A stretch of 64,000 bases of DNA, from positions 1,560 to 65,559 of the forward strand of contig JAJDTM010000002.1 of assembly GCA_022827185.1 (NCBI GenBank), in the 5' to 3' direction. This document shows, piece by piece, positions 48,186 to 57,894 of this stretch (positions are counted from its first letter, which is position 1; each line of letters opens with the position of its first letter). Both the position numbers and the translations under genes were made by a program. The DNA comes from Candidatus Poribacteria bacterium (GTDB taxonomy: Bacteria; Poribacteria; WGA-4E; WGA-3G). The notes beneath the pieces are model-generated. The model saw nothing but the letters and a program-made list of their open reading frames with translations. It was not told the DNA's origin and searched no databases.

Positions 48186-50744
48186 ATGAAAATCAAGCCC
48201 TCTTTTTACTACAGTTTCCACCTTCTTTTTCTGATTCTCTATCTCAGTCTTACCCCTGTGCACGCCCAAGACTGGCTCCCTGACCCGGTGTTACGGAAAA
48301 CGATTCGGGAATCTCTGGGTCTATCGGCAAACACACCGCTCACAAAAGACTATATGCAACAACTGATACGTCTTGATGGAAATAACAAAGGCATCACGGA
48401 TCTCAGGGGTTTAGAGTTTGCGACGAACCTAAGAATCCTGCACTTGGGAGGTAATGAAAATAATATCACAGATATCAGTCCGCTTGCCAACTTAACAAAT
48501 CTTGTAGGGCTTCATATCTGGCGTGTTCGGCGTCACGACACGCATCGGGCACCCCTCGACATCCGTCCGCTCGCCAACCTCGTTAACTTAGAGGTGCTCT
48601 CTCTGGAGCGACAGGGACTTTCGGATATAAGCGTGCTTGCGAACCTGACAAAGCTTCATAAGTTAGCACTGACGCACAACAACATCTTGGACTTTAGCCC
48701 GTTAGCAGGATTGACGCATCTGCGGATATTGTGGATAAAAAACAACTGGGGGACGGATTTGAGTCCGCTCAAAGGGTTGAATATTACAGATTTTCGCTAT
48801 GACGAAGTGTGTGATTTCACATCACAAGGGGAGTCCGTCACTGCGCGTGTTGAGAACAGGACGTTTCCGTCGATAGTCGGGCTATTCCCGAAAGGGTCAA
48901 TAGAGGAGATGACCCGGTATGATTTCCATTATGGCACCCATTTCGGATTGTGGTGGAAGCGAACGGAAACCGAGCCGACACACGGCTTAGCGATTCGACG
49001 TTCAGGGGATATGGCGCAGGCGAGAGCGTACCGCCAACAGATGCTCCAACAGAATCCAAACATGTTGTTTTTTGTGGGGGTACCTTTGCTTAATTACAAA
49101 CCTTCCAATGCGGCAACGGCTTTTCCCGCAGATTCTGATTTTTGGCTGCGAGATCGCCAAGGGAATATCATCCAAAATGAGAATGATGCGTGGCTGCTGA
49201 ACATTTTGAACCCAGCGTTACAGGATGTTCAGATTGAAAGAATTGTAGGTTTTGCAAAGTGTGGGATTTTCGATGGTGCGCTGTTAGAAGGATTTACAAA
49301 TCATGGAATTGGTGCTGTGGGCAGCCAGTTTTACCCAGTCGTAACAGATGTGCCGTTAACGGAGGAAGCGATTATTGAGGCGTATCTCCGAATTCTAAGC
49401 GAGGTCCGCGCCCGCGTTCCTGAGGACTTTTTGATCGTCGTCAATGCTACGAGAACCAGACCGACCCGTTATGCGGCATACATCAATGGTAATGTGATGG
49501 AACCGGGTTGGGATTATTCCTACAAAGGACTTGCCGAGATTGAAAGCACTTTACTTTGGTCTGAGGAACATTTCCGGGAACCGCAACTGAATTGGGCACA
49601 AGGGTTTCTTATCACCTCGGAGCCCCCGGAGAGTCCTGGGAACCGTCAACGAATGCGTCTCTTTACAACGATGGGACTCACGCACTCTGATGGCTACATA
49701 AACGTCCATTATCATTCAGCGAAGTGGCAGCGATGGGGAGACATCGCTGAAAATTACTGGTATGACTTCTATGATGCCGACCTCGGCAAGCCGATTGGCA
49801 AAACAGCGCAACGCTGCGACGACTGCGACGGGCTCTTCGTGCGTGAGTTCACCAACGGTTGGGCGGTCTACAACCGGAGCGGCAAAGCACAGACGATCCA
49901 CTTACCCGTCAAAGCCACGGGTGTCGCAAGTGGTATCACAAACACCGAACACATCGTTCCAGATTTAGATGGCGAGATGTATCTGAAACAGGCACCGAGT
50001 GTGAATAGCATCGGCATTGTCACTGTGGTTGAGGTTGCGACCGGTGCGCCAGAGGAACCGGAATCCGAATGGATGCCGGATGCCGCCTTACGCGCAGTAG
50101 TTCGGAAGGAAATGGGACTCCCAACACATATCGCTTTGGAAAAATCCCGCATGCCACAGCTGATACATGTTGATGGAAATAACAAAGGCATCACAGACCT
50201 GACGGGTTTGGAGTTTGCGACGAACCTAAGAATCCTGCACGTCGGGGGGAATAAGAATCAGATAACCGACCTTCGCCCGCTTGCGAACTTGACGATCCTT
50301 GAGCATCTCTATATCTGGCGCACACCTCCAAAAGACCCCGCTTCGGTGAGAGTTCTTGACATCCGTCCGCTCGCCAAGCTCACCAACTTACATGCACTCT
50401 CACTGGCGGGAAACGGGATTACCGATATAGCCCTACTGGCGGGCATGAAGAAGCTCGTCAAACTCATCCTTACAGATAATCGGATTGAAGACTTTAGTCC
50501 GCTGGCTGGGCTGATGAGTTTACGAACGTTGAGGATTCGGAACAACCCCGCCACAGATTTCAGCCCACTTGCCGCTTTACCCCTTATTGAATTTCAACTT
50601 GATGCCGATGTCAACGCCGATGGCTTTGTGAATGTGCTTGACCTCGTTACCGTCGCGAATGCGTTTGGGGAAGCGGCACCCGATCTCAACGGTGATGGCA
50701 TCGTCAATATTCAAGATTTAATTATTGTCGCGAATGCGTTTTGA
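48186..50744 (+). CDS. Secreted protein: LRR, domain X, LRR and a C-terminal dockerin
   Basis: Signal peptide LFLILYLSLTPVHAQD. Two LRR blocks. Domain X motifs ([47 protein letters not shown]). Dockerin [45 protein letters not shown]. Confidence 0.75.
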   Translation: MKIKPSFYYSFHLLFLILYLSLTPVHAQDWLPDPVLRKTIRESLGLSANTPLTKDYMQQLIRLDGNNKGITDLRGLEFATNLRILHLGGNENNITDISPLANLTNLVGLHIWRVRRHDTHRAPLDIRPLANLVNLEVLSLERQGLSDISVLANLTKLHKLALTHNNILDFSPLAGLTHLRILWIKNNWGTDLSPLKGLNITDFRYDEVCDFTSQGESVTARVENRTFPSIVGLFPKGSIEEMTRYDFHYGTHFGLWWKRTETEPTHGLAIRRSGDMAQARAYRQQMLQQNPNMLFFVGVPLLNYKPSNAATAFPADSDFWLRDRQGNIIQNENDAWLLNILNPALQDVQIERIVGFAKCGIFDGALLEGFTNHGIGAVGSQFYPVVTDVPLTEEAIIEAYLRILSEVRARVPEDFLIVVNATRTRPTRYAAYINGNVMEPGWDYSYKGLAEIESTLLWSEEHFREPQLNWAQGFLITSEPPESPGNRQRMRLFTTMGLTHSDGYINVHYHSAKWQRWGDIAENYWYDFYDADLGKPIGKTAQRCDDCDGLFVREFTNGWAVYNRSGKAQTIHLPVKATGVASGITNTEHIVPDLDGEMYLKQAPSVNSIGIVTVVEVATGAPEEPESEWMPDAALRAVVRKEMGLPTHIALEKSRMPQLIHVDGNNKGITDLTGLEFATNLRILHVGGNKNQITDLRPLANLTILEHLYIWRTPPKDPASVRVLDIRPLAKLTNLHALSLAGNGITDIALLAGMKKLVKLILTDNRIEDFSPLAGLMSLRTLRIRNNPATDFSPLAALPLIEFQLDADVNADGFVNVLDLVTVANAFGEAAPDLNGDGIVNIQDLIIVANAF

Positions 50745-50965
50745 AATGGAGATTATATCTTATACTATGACAATCAAAGAAATATATCGTAAATCATTGT
50801 GGTTTCAGTTGCTCCTCGCGTCGGTTGTGGGCATGCTTGTCTATAATGCGTTTACCTATAACTTGAGAATTAAGAATTTACACGACTGCTGCCAAAATGC
50901 CAGCGTGGTTGCAAACCATCTCCTTTGTGAATGGCAGACCAGCAGTAGAAACGGAGATAAACTAA

Positions 50966-53080
50966 ATGCAACTAACTAAGAAACAAAACATTTTTATTTA
51001 CTTACTCATCTTTTGTGCGACACTATTCTTCGTATTTCCACTGATAACAAGTGCACAAACTGTTAACATTCCTGACGCGAATCTTCGCGAAGCAATCAAT
51101 GAGGCACTCGGTAAAGCATCAAATGCCCAGGTTACATTGAAGGAAATAGTGACGTTAACCCGCCTTACTGCGAATAACAGAGGTATCAGCGATTTAACAG
51201 GACTTGAAGTTGCGACAGGATTGGAGAGCGTAGAACTCCAGCATAATCAAATATCCGACTTATCCCCGCTCGCGGGGTTGATGAAACTGCGTGTTATACG
51301 GATGGGCAATAACCTTATATTTGATTTATCCCCGGTCGCAGGTTTAATCAACTTGGCAAGATTAGATATCTGGGAGAATTTGATTTCCGATTTGTCCCCG
51401 GTCGCAGGTTTAACCAACTTACTATCAATAAGTTTCGGGAGTAATTCGGTATTTGACTTATCACCCTTGGCGGGGTTAAGGAAGCTTGAGAGGATAAATA
51501 TGAGCCAAAACCCGCCAGCAGACCTCTCGCCCCTTTCAAAAATAATTGGTTTGACAGGTTTTCATTCTTGGGGCACCCCTATATTAGACCTCGCGCCTTT
51601 GGCGGAATTACCAAAACTCAGCGTCATAGATATCTGCGGGGGCGAGATATCGGACCTCTCCGCTTTAGCGAACGCGACAGGTTTGAAGGAACTGTATTTT
51701 GCTGGCAATCAGATCACGGACGTATCGCCGTTGGTGGGCTTAACAAATTTGACGAGACTGAATTTTGCAGAAAATGAAATATCGGACGTGTCACCACTTG
51801 CTGGATTAACCAACTTGACATGGATACGGATTAACCACAATCCAATATCCGATCTATCGCCTTTAGAAGGGTTAGGTATACCTATTGTTCACCATAATAC
51901 CCCGGCATTTCCACCGGGCGGTCCGAAAATCGAAGGACCATGGTTATGGGTACTTGTACCGGGGGAGCGTATTGGTGGTGGAGATTTGCTGGCAGAAGCG
52001 ACGGGTGGCACAGCGACAGAGGAGAAGGTTGCTACTGTTGGTGCTGCAGAGGGAAAGTCTGTTGGAGACAATGTTTGGGTAGCCGATAACATTACCGCGG
52101 TGGGACGCAATAACATCGGTGAAATGCTGAAACGCCAAGGCGTGGGAAACGACGGAGTCGTCTACGGTTCCACCACCTTGGAGTCACCACGAGAACAGGA
52201 AACAAAAATGTTCGTCGGCGCGCATGATGGTGTTGAAGTCTGGCTCAACGGGGCACTCATTCACCAGAAATCTGGTGGACATTGGGCGGAGGGTTACCAC
52301 ACCTTTTTTCCCGTTACGCTCAACGAAGGAACAAATGTGTTGTTAGTTGCTCTTGACAACCACCACGTTGATCAGTGGCGGGCATTTTTTGGATTTGACG
52401 TTGACACAGAATATACGGTAAATTCTCCGATTTCCCGAGCTCCATCTGAAATACCTGCTTATGATGTCAATGAGGATGGGCAAATCAGTATTCTGGATCT
52501 GATTCTGGTAGGTCAAGACTTGGGAAAAGCAAAGCCCACCAACGCGCGAACAGATGTGAATGGCGATGGAACTGTTAGTATCTCGGACCTCGTCCTTGTG
52601 GCACAACATCTCGGCGAAATAACAGGAATTCCTGCCTCGCCTTCCCCCTACACCTTACGCAGCATGGGGTTAGACGCGGCAACAGTCCACACGTGGATAG
52701 CACTTGCCGAGATAGAAAATGATGGCTCGCTCGTCTTCAAGCAAGCGATAGCGAATCTTCAACGGCTTTTAGCGTTGTTGATGCCCGAAAGGACAGCATT
52801 GCTTGTGAACTATCCGAATCCGTTTAACCCAGAGACATGGATACCCTACCAACTTGCTGAACCTGCCAAGGTCACTATACACATTTATGCGATGAGCGGT
52901 GCTTTGGTCCGGAAGTTAGATTTAGGACATCAGGCTGCTGGTATCTATAGTGAAAAGAACCGTGCAGCGTATTGGGATGGTCGCAACCAACTTGGAGAAC
53001 CTGTAGCGAGTGGTGTGTATTTCTACACGTTCACTACTGGCGACTTTACGGCGACGCGAAAAATGGTGATAAGGAAGTAG
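50966..53080 (+). CDS. Secreted protein: LRR, a roughly 180-aa unknown domain (domain Y), a dockerin and a T9SS-type C-terminal sorting domain
   Basis: Signal peptide. About 12 LRRs. Domain Y (GPWLWVLVPG...KSVGDNVW...SPREQETKMF). Dockerin DVNEDGQISILDL...[41 protein letters not shown]...VYFYTFTTGDFTATRKMVIRK. Confidence 0.75.
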   Translation: MQLTKKQNIFIYLLIFCATLFFVFPLITSAQTVNIPDANLREAINEALGKASNAQVTLKEIVTLTRLTANNRGISDLTGLEVATGLESVELQHNQISDLSPLAGLMKLRVIRMGNNLIFDLSPVAGLINLARLDIWENLISDLSPVAGLTNLLSISFGSNSVFDLSPLAGLRKLERINMSQNPPADLSPLSKIIGLTGFHSWGTPILDLAPLAELPKLSVIDICGGEISDLSALANATGLKELYFAGNQITDVSPLVGLTNLTRLNFAENEISDVSPLAGLTNLTWIRINHNPISDLSPLEGLGIPIVHHNTPAFPPGGPKIEGPWLWVLVPGERIGGGDLLAEATGGTATEEKVATVGAAEGKSVGDNVWVADNITAVGRNNIGEMLKRQGVGNDGVVYGSTTLESPREQETKMFVGAHDGVEVWLNGALIHQKSGGHWAEGYHTFFPVTLNEGTNVLLVALDNHHVDQWRAFFGFDVDTEYTVNSPISRAPSEIPAYDVNEDGQISILDLILVGQDLGKAKPTNARTDVNGDGTVSISDLVLVAQHLGEITGIPASPSPYTLRSMGLDAATVHTWIALAEIENDGSLVFKQAIANLQRLLALLMPERTALLVNYPNPFNPETWIPYQLAEPAKVTIHIYAMSGALVRKLDLGHQAAGIYSEKNRAAYWDGRNQLGEPVASGVYFYTFTTGDFTATRKMVIRK

Positions 53081-53117
53081 GTTGTCGCACTTTCAACCGA
53101 TAGTTAGGAGATTAACC

Positions 53118-56100
53118 ATGAGAATTAGTAAATACCTTTATCTGACAGTATTAATATTTATCGTATTAGGATTTGGAACCGCATCTGCGCAGCAGGATCT
53201 CGCGCAAGAGGCATACACTATCCTTCAAAAGAATTGTTCGCTATGTCATGGAGAACACGGCTCCTTTACCGAGGATTTGGTGCTTGAATACACATCACTC
53301 ATCGGGAATGGGGTTATTGTCCCTGGAAATCCTAATGCTTCGGAGTTCTATAAACGATTAATTGAGAATACACCCGAAAAACCGCGAATGCCGTGGGGAC
53401 AGCCTGCGTTGTCAGCGGATGCGCTTGAGACGATTCGTCAGTGGATTGCAGCGGGTGCACCGAATTGGGAGGTGCAATATGATGTCAACTTCATTACGAT
53501 GGATGCGATGCTTTCGGTGATTGAAGATCACGTCGCGTCGCTTTCGGCATTTGATCGTCCGTCCGCTCGCTACTTCACGCTGACGCATCTCTATAACGCT
53601 GGTGGAAGTCCTGAGGCACTTGATGCCTATCGGCGTGCACTCTCGAAGTTGGTGAATAGTCTCTCCTGGGGGTTTGAAGTGATCAAGCCAGAACCGATTG
53701 ACGAACAAGAGATGATCTTTTATATTGATTTGCGCCACTATGAGTGGGATAGAAACGAAGCGTGGACGCAGATTGAACGGGAATATCCCTACAGCATTGA
53801 ATTTGATTCGGAGACACAAGCGGGTCTGCACGAAAAACTGACGAATTTACGTACAGAAATGGACTGCGAAGTGCCGTTTGTCTATGTGGATTGGTTCCTT
53901 GCTAATGCGTCGTTACCACCGCTGTACCACGATATTCTGGACCTGCCAGAAACGGATCAGGAATTAGAGGAGCAACTGGGAGTCAATGTGACGCGAAATA
54001 TCAACAATGCTCCCGGGGTTCACGTCTGGCGTGCGGGTTTCCTCAAGTCGGGTGTGTCAGGGTACAACCGTGTTGTGGAACGGCACACCTCCGACTATGG
54101 TGCGTATTGGAAAAGCTACGACTTTGCGGGGGATTCGGACGTTCAGAATATTTTTATACATCCGCTGACTTTTAGACACGACGGTGGGGAGGTCGTGTTC
54201 CATCTGCCGAACGGTTTGCAAGGGTATTATATCTCTGATGCGTCTGGGAATCGGATAAATGAGGCACCAACGACGATCGTATCCAACCCAGCGGCAAGCA
54301 ATCCTGCCGTGCGCAATGGTCTCTCTTGTATCGGTTGCCACACAGAAGGCATGAAAACGTTTGAAGATGAGGTGCGTGCGGAGATTATGCTGCGGTTCCC
54401 TGAGGGACCGGTGAAGGATCAGGGATTGCGTCTGTATGTGGAACAATCAAAGATGGATGCGCTTGTGGCGAGGGACACAGCTCGTTACAGGGGAGCACTT
54501 GAAAAGACGGGTGGTGTGTTTGGTGGTACGGTTGAACCGGTACATCGGTTCTATGAGGAGTTTCAACGTCCTGTTGAGGCTGCACACGCTGCGGCTGCTG
54601 TCGGTTTAGAGACAGAGATGTTCCGTCAAGAGATTCGAGATAAACAGCGTTTACGGGACTTAGGTTTGGCGGGGCTATTGGAGGATAGGGGTGTGAGTCG
54701 GGATACATGGACCTCCAACTTTCCCGAAGTGATTTCGGCGCTGCATTCTCCCGACGATACAACAACACAGCCGGTCGATCCAGAAACTGACCTACGTCCT
54801 GGTGATTTAGTCTCTATTCCTGATCCGAACCTTCGTGCTGTGATAGAAAGGTTGCTCGACAAAGCCCCAGGTGCTTTGATTACGGCGGCGGATATGGCAA
54901 GGTTGACGCGGATTGTTGCCGATGATGCTGGGATTAGTAATTTGACGGGACTTGAGGCGGCAACGCAGTTGGAACGCATAGAATTTCGTCGGAATTCGAT
55001 ATCCGATTTATCTCCACTGAGAGGCTTAATCCGACTCAATAACATCAAGCTCCGGGGGAATCGGATAACCGATGTATCACCGCTTGCTGACTTAGTTCGT
55101 GTGGATTGGTTAGGACTTGAGGATAACGAGATAACAGATTTATCTCCGCTGAAGGGATTAACCAGATTAAACGGGATAGGGATTTCAGGCAACCCAATAT
55201 CCGATGTATCACCGCTTGCAAACTTGACCAGTTTAGAAGGCATCAACGCTTGGCGCACACCTATCTCGGATTTCTCATCCTTGGCAAAATTAACGAGATT
55301 CAGGTGGATAGGATTTGGTGATGATAAGTCGATATCAGCACTTCCATCACTGAAGGGATTGAAAAGTTTGAGACGGTTGGAAATTAACAACTGTAGCATC
55401 TCGGATCTCTCCGGATTGGCGGAATTGACACAGTTGGAATGGTTAGGATTGAATAATAACCAGATATCGGATATATCTCCATTGCGAAATTTAAGGGGTT
55501 TAGAACATCTGAATCTTAATGCTAACATTATCGAAGATGTATCGCCGCTTGCGAAGTTAACAAAGTTAAAACTTCTACATCTTGTGAACAACATTATCTC
55601 GGATGTATCGCCGCTTGCAGGATTAACTAACTTGGAACGGTTAGACCTCCGCAACAATGCGATATCTGACTTTTCACCTTTGGAAGGATTATTGGAGGAG
55701 ACATTTGTCAGAATAGAAGGTAACACGGGTGTTCTCCGGCGAGGAGCTCCAAAGATACAAGGGCCATGGTTGTGGGTGCTCGTGCCTGTGCCCGGGTCTG
55801 ATGCCTTCCGTAACATAGATTTGCTTGCACGAGCAAGTAATGGAGATATAACCGAGCGGGAGATCGCTACAAACGGTGCGACAGAAGGGAAGTCTGTCGG
55901 TGATAACGTCTGGTTTTCCGAGAAAATATCTACGGATAGGAACAACATCAGAACCATGCTGGGTGCCCTCGGTATGTTAGAAGAGGGCAGTCGCTCGAAT
56001 CTCGTCTACGGTTCGCTCACCCTTGATTCACCACGAGAACAACAGACAAAGATGTTTGCTGGGAGCGATGATCTGCATAAAGTCTGGTTCAATGGACAGT

Positions 56101-57755
56101 TGGTTAGCGAAGCTGTCCACGGAGGGACAAGTGGTGATTACCAGGAATCTTTCCGTGTTACGTTGAAGCAAGGAAAAAATGTGTTATTAGTTGCAATATA
56201 TGATTATGGGGGTGGATGGGGAGGACATTTTGGGTTTGCGCCTGATGCTGAATATACGGTCTTATCCCCTGACACCAGATTCTCCTTTTCCACAGCGGCG
56301 ACGCGAATTAAAGTTGGCGATAGGTTCACTGTTCAGTTCAAAACAAAAAACATTTCCGACTTAGCGGGATGGCGATCTGATATTACATTTGATCCCGCAG
56401 TGCTAAAAGTCAATAACGTCCGCGAGGGTAGTTTCCTGAAACAAGGTGGTGGACGCACCCACTTCTTGAAAGGCACGATTGATAATACGATGGGTAGAAT
56501 CGCCGATGTCGGTTCTGCACGGATCTCTGAAGGTGGAGTTAGCGGTGAAGGTGCCCTGTTGTCAATTACATTCACGGCAAAGGTGAATGGTGAGAGCCGA
56601 TTGTCACTACGAAAATTTCAAGCTGGTTCCAGTACGGGTGATGCAATTTCTGATCGACCCCCTGATATGATTATTACTGTCGAGGATCCGTCGTCCTTAG
56701 ATGTAAGTGATGGCCCATTTTCCCTTTCTACGGATGTAACACCTGTTCGCCTTGGTAATACCTTTAACCTTCTTCTCAAAGCGGAAGATGTTACGGATTT
56801 AGCGGGATGGCAGACTGATATTGCGTTTGACCCCGATGTGCTTGAAACCGTTGAGGTGAACGAAGGCGATTTTCTGAAGGCGGAAGGCGGGGATACCTTC
56901 TTTTTTCAAGGCGCGATTGATAACACGGCAGGTAAAATTACAGGTCTCAGCGCAGCGAAGTTGAAGGGCGGTGGTAACGGCGCAGGTATGCTACTATTGG
57001 TTACATTCAAGGCGAAGGCTGTCGGGGAAACACGGGTGACACTTAGCAATTTCTTTGCTGGCTCCAGCAGCGGCGAAACTATCTCTTCAGAAGTTCCCGA
57101 AATTAGGATCACTATTGAGGATCGCGCGTTTTCTGCTTCGGATGTCAATCAGGACGGTCGAGTGAACGTTCAGGATCTAATCGTGGTTGCACAACATTTA
57201 GGTGCTGATGCGTCTGTCAACCGCCGAGCGGATGTCAATGGCGATGGAACTATTAACGTTTTGGACATCATCGTTATCGCACAAAATTTAGGTGAATCAA
57301 CAGCGGCTGCGCCTTCCAATGTTGCTGCTATAGACAGTTTAGAATTATATCCAGCAATGGTTCAGGCATGGATAGCGGAGGCAGAGGCTAAGAATGACGA
57401 TTCGATTGCCTTCCGACAGGGTATCGAAAACCTTCAACGACTTTTAGCGTCGCTGCTTCCTGAAAAGACAGTGTTGCTGCCGAACTATCCGAACCCGTTC
57501 AATCCCGAAACATGGATACCCTATCATCTTGCTGAAGCTGCGGATGTGACAGTGCATATCTATGCTACCGATGGGGTCTCGGTTCGGACGTTGGCGTTAG
57601 GGCATCAGGCTGCTGGCACCTATGAGCGTCGTAGCCGTGCGGTGTATTGGGACGGCAAAAACGAGGTCGGTGAGCCTGTCGCGAGTGGTGTCTATTTTTA
57701 TACCCTAACGGCAGGTGATTTCACTGCTACGCGGAAACTGTTGATACGGAAATAG
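53118..57755 (+). CDS. Giant secreted scaffold-like protein: PSCyt1-like CxxCH domain, a second CxxCH, LRR, domain Y, two cohesin-like modules, a dockerin and a T9SS-type CTD
   Basis: ATG 53118 with aggag RBS and signal peptide. CSLCH at about 53235 followed by ...PRMPWGQPALSADALETIRQWIAAGAP, the PSCyt1 pattern. CIGCH at about 54325. LRRs 54820-55700. Domain Y 55740-56280. Cohesin-like beta-sandwich modules at about 56290-56690 and 56700-57120 (DLAGW..DI.FDP.VL). Dockerin at 57130-57300. CTD at 57480-57755. The track ORF starts at TTG 53082, one base after the previous stop. Confidence 0.75.
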   Translation: MRISKYLYLTVLIFIVLGFGTASAQQDLAQEAYTILQKNCSLCHGEHGSFTEDLVLEYTSLIGNGVIVPGNPNASEFYKRLIENTPEKPRMPWGQPALSADALETIRQWIAAGAPNWEVQYDVNFITMDAMLSVIEDHVASLSAFDRPSARYFTLTHLYNAGGSPEALDAYRRALSKLVNSLSWGFEVIKPEPIDEQEMIFYIDLRHYEWDRNEAWTQIEREYPYSIEFDSETQAGLHEKLTNLRTEMDCEVPFVYVDWFLANASLPPLYHDILDLPETDQELEEQLGVNVTRNINNAPGVHVWRAGFLKSGVSGYNRVVERHTSDYGAYWKSYDFAGDSDVQNIFIHPLTFRHDGGEVVFHLPNGLQGYYISDASGNRINEAPTTIVSNPAASNPAVRNGLSCIGCHTEGMKTFEDEVRAEIMLRFPEGPVKDQGLRLYVEQSKMDALVARDTARYRGALEKTGGVFGGTVEPVHRFYEEFQRPVEAAHAAAAVGLETEMFRQEIRDKQRLRDLGLAGLLEDRGVSRDTWTSNFPEVISALHSPDDTTTQPVDPETDLRPGDLVSIPDPNLRAVIERLLDKAPGALITAADMARLTRIVADDAGISNLTGLEAATQLERIEFRRNSISDLSPLRGLIRLNNIKLRGNRITDVSPLADLVRVDWLGLEDNEITDLSPLKGLTRLNGIGISGNPISDVSPLANLTSLEGINAWRTPISDFSSLAKLTRFRWIGFGDDKSISALPSLKGLKSLRRLEINNCSISDLSGLAELTQLEWLGLNNNQISDISPLRNLRGLEHLNLNANIIEDVSPLAKLTKLKLLHLVNNIISDVSPLAGLTNLERLDLRNNAISDFSPLEGLLEETFVRIEGNTGVLRRGAPKIQGPWLWVLVPVPGSDAFRNIDLLARASNGDITEREIATNGATEGKSVGDNVWFSEKISTDRNNIRTMLGALGMLEEGSRSNLVYGSLTLDSPREQQTKMFAGSDDLHKVWFNGQLVSEAVHGGTSGDYQESFRVTLKQGKNVLLVAIYDYGGGWGGHFGFAPDAEYTVLSPDTRFSFSTAATRIKVGDRFTVQFKTKNISDLAGWRSDITFDPAVLKVNNVREGSFLKQGGGRTHFLKGTIDNTMGRIADVGSARISEGGVSGEGALLSITFTAKVNGESRLSLRKFQAGSSTGDAISDRPPDMIITVEDPSSLDVSDGPFSLSTDVTPVRLGNTFNLLLKAEDVTDLAGWQTDIAFDPDVLETVEVNEGDFLKAEGGDTFFFQGAIDNTAGKITGLSAAKLKGGGNGAGMLLLVTFKAKAVGETRVTLSNFFAGSSSGETISSEVPEIRITIEDRAFSASDVNQDGRVNVQDLIVVAQHLGADASVNRRADVNGDGTINVLDIIVIAQNLGESTAAAPSNVAAIDSLELYPAMVQAWIAEAEAKNDDSIAFRQGIENLQRLLASLLPEKTVLLPNYPNPFNPETWIPYHLAEAADVTVHIYATDGVSVRTLALGHQAAGTYERRSRAVYWDGKNEVGEPVASGVYFYTLTAGDFTATRKLLIRK

Positions 57756-57826
57756 GCGTTTGATGAACGGTAGTCGGGATTCGGGAATAGGTGCCTACCA
57801 GTTCATATTCTCCTTGTTAGGGCTTT

Positions 57827-57871
57827 TATGAAACACCCTCATTTAATTGAGGGTGTTTCATTATTCGCGGA
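57827..57871 (+). terminator. Strong hairpin terminator after the scaffold gene
   Basis: atgaaacaccctca-tttaat-tgagggtgtttcat, a perfect 14-bp stem, followed by tattcg. Confidence 0.5.
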
Positions 57872-57894
57872 GGCTTCGTACCGCAAAGACCACA

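Noticed and set aside
54626-55957. 443-aa minus-strand ORF opposite the LRR region of the scaffold gene.
   Set aside because: Low-complexity antisense translation of LRR codons (Ser/Asn/Pro-rich). It is fully contained in a well-supported plus-strand gene.
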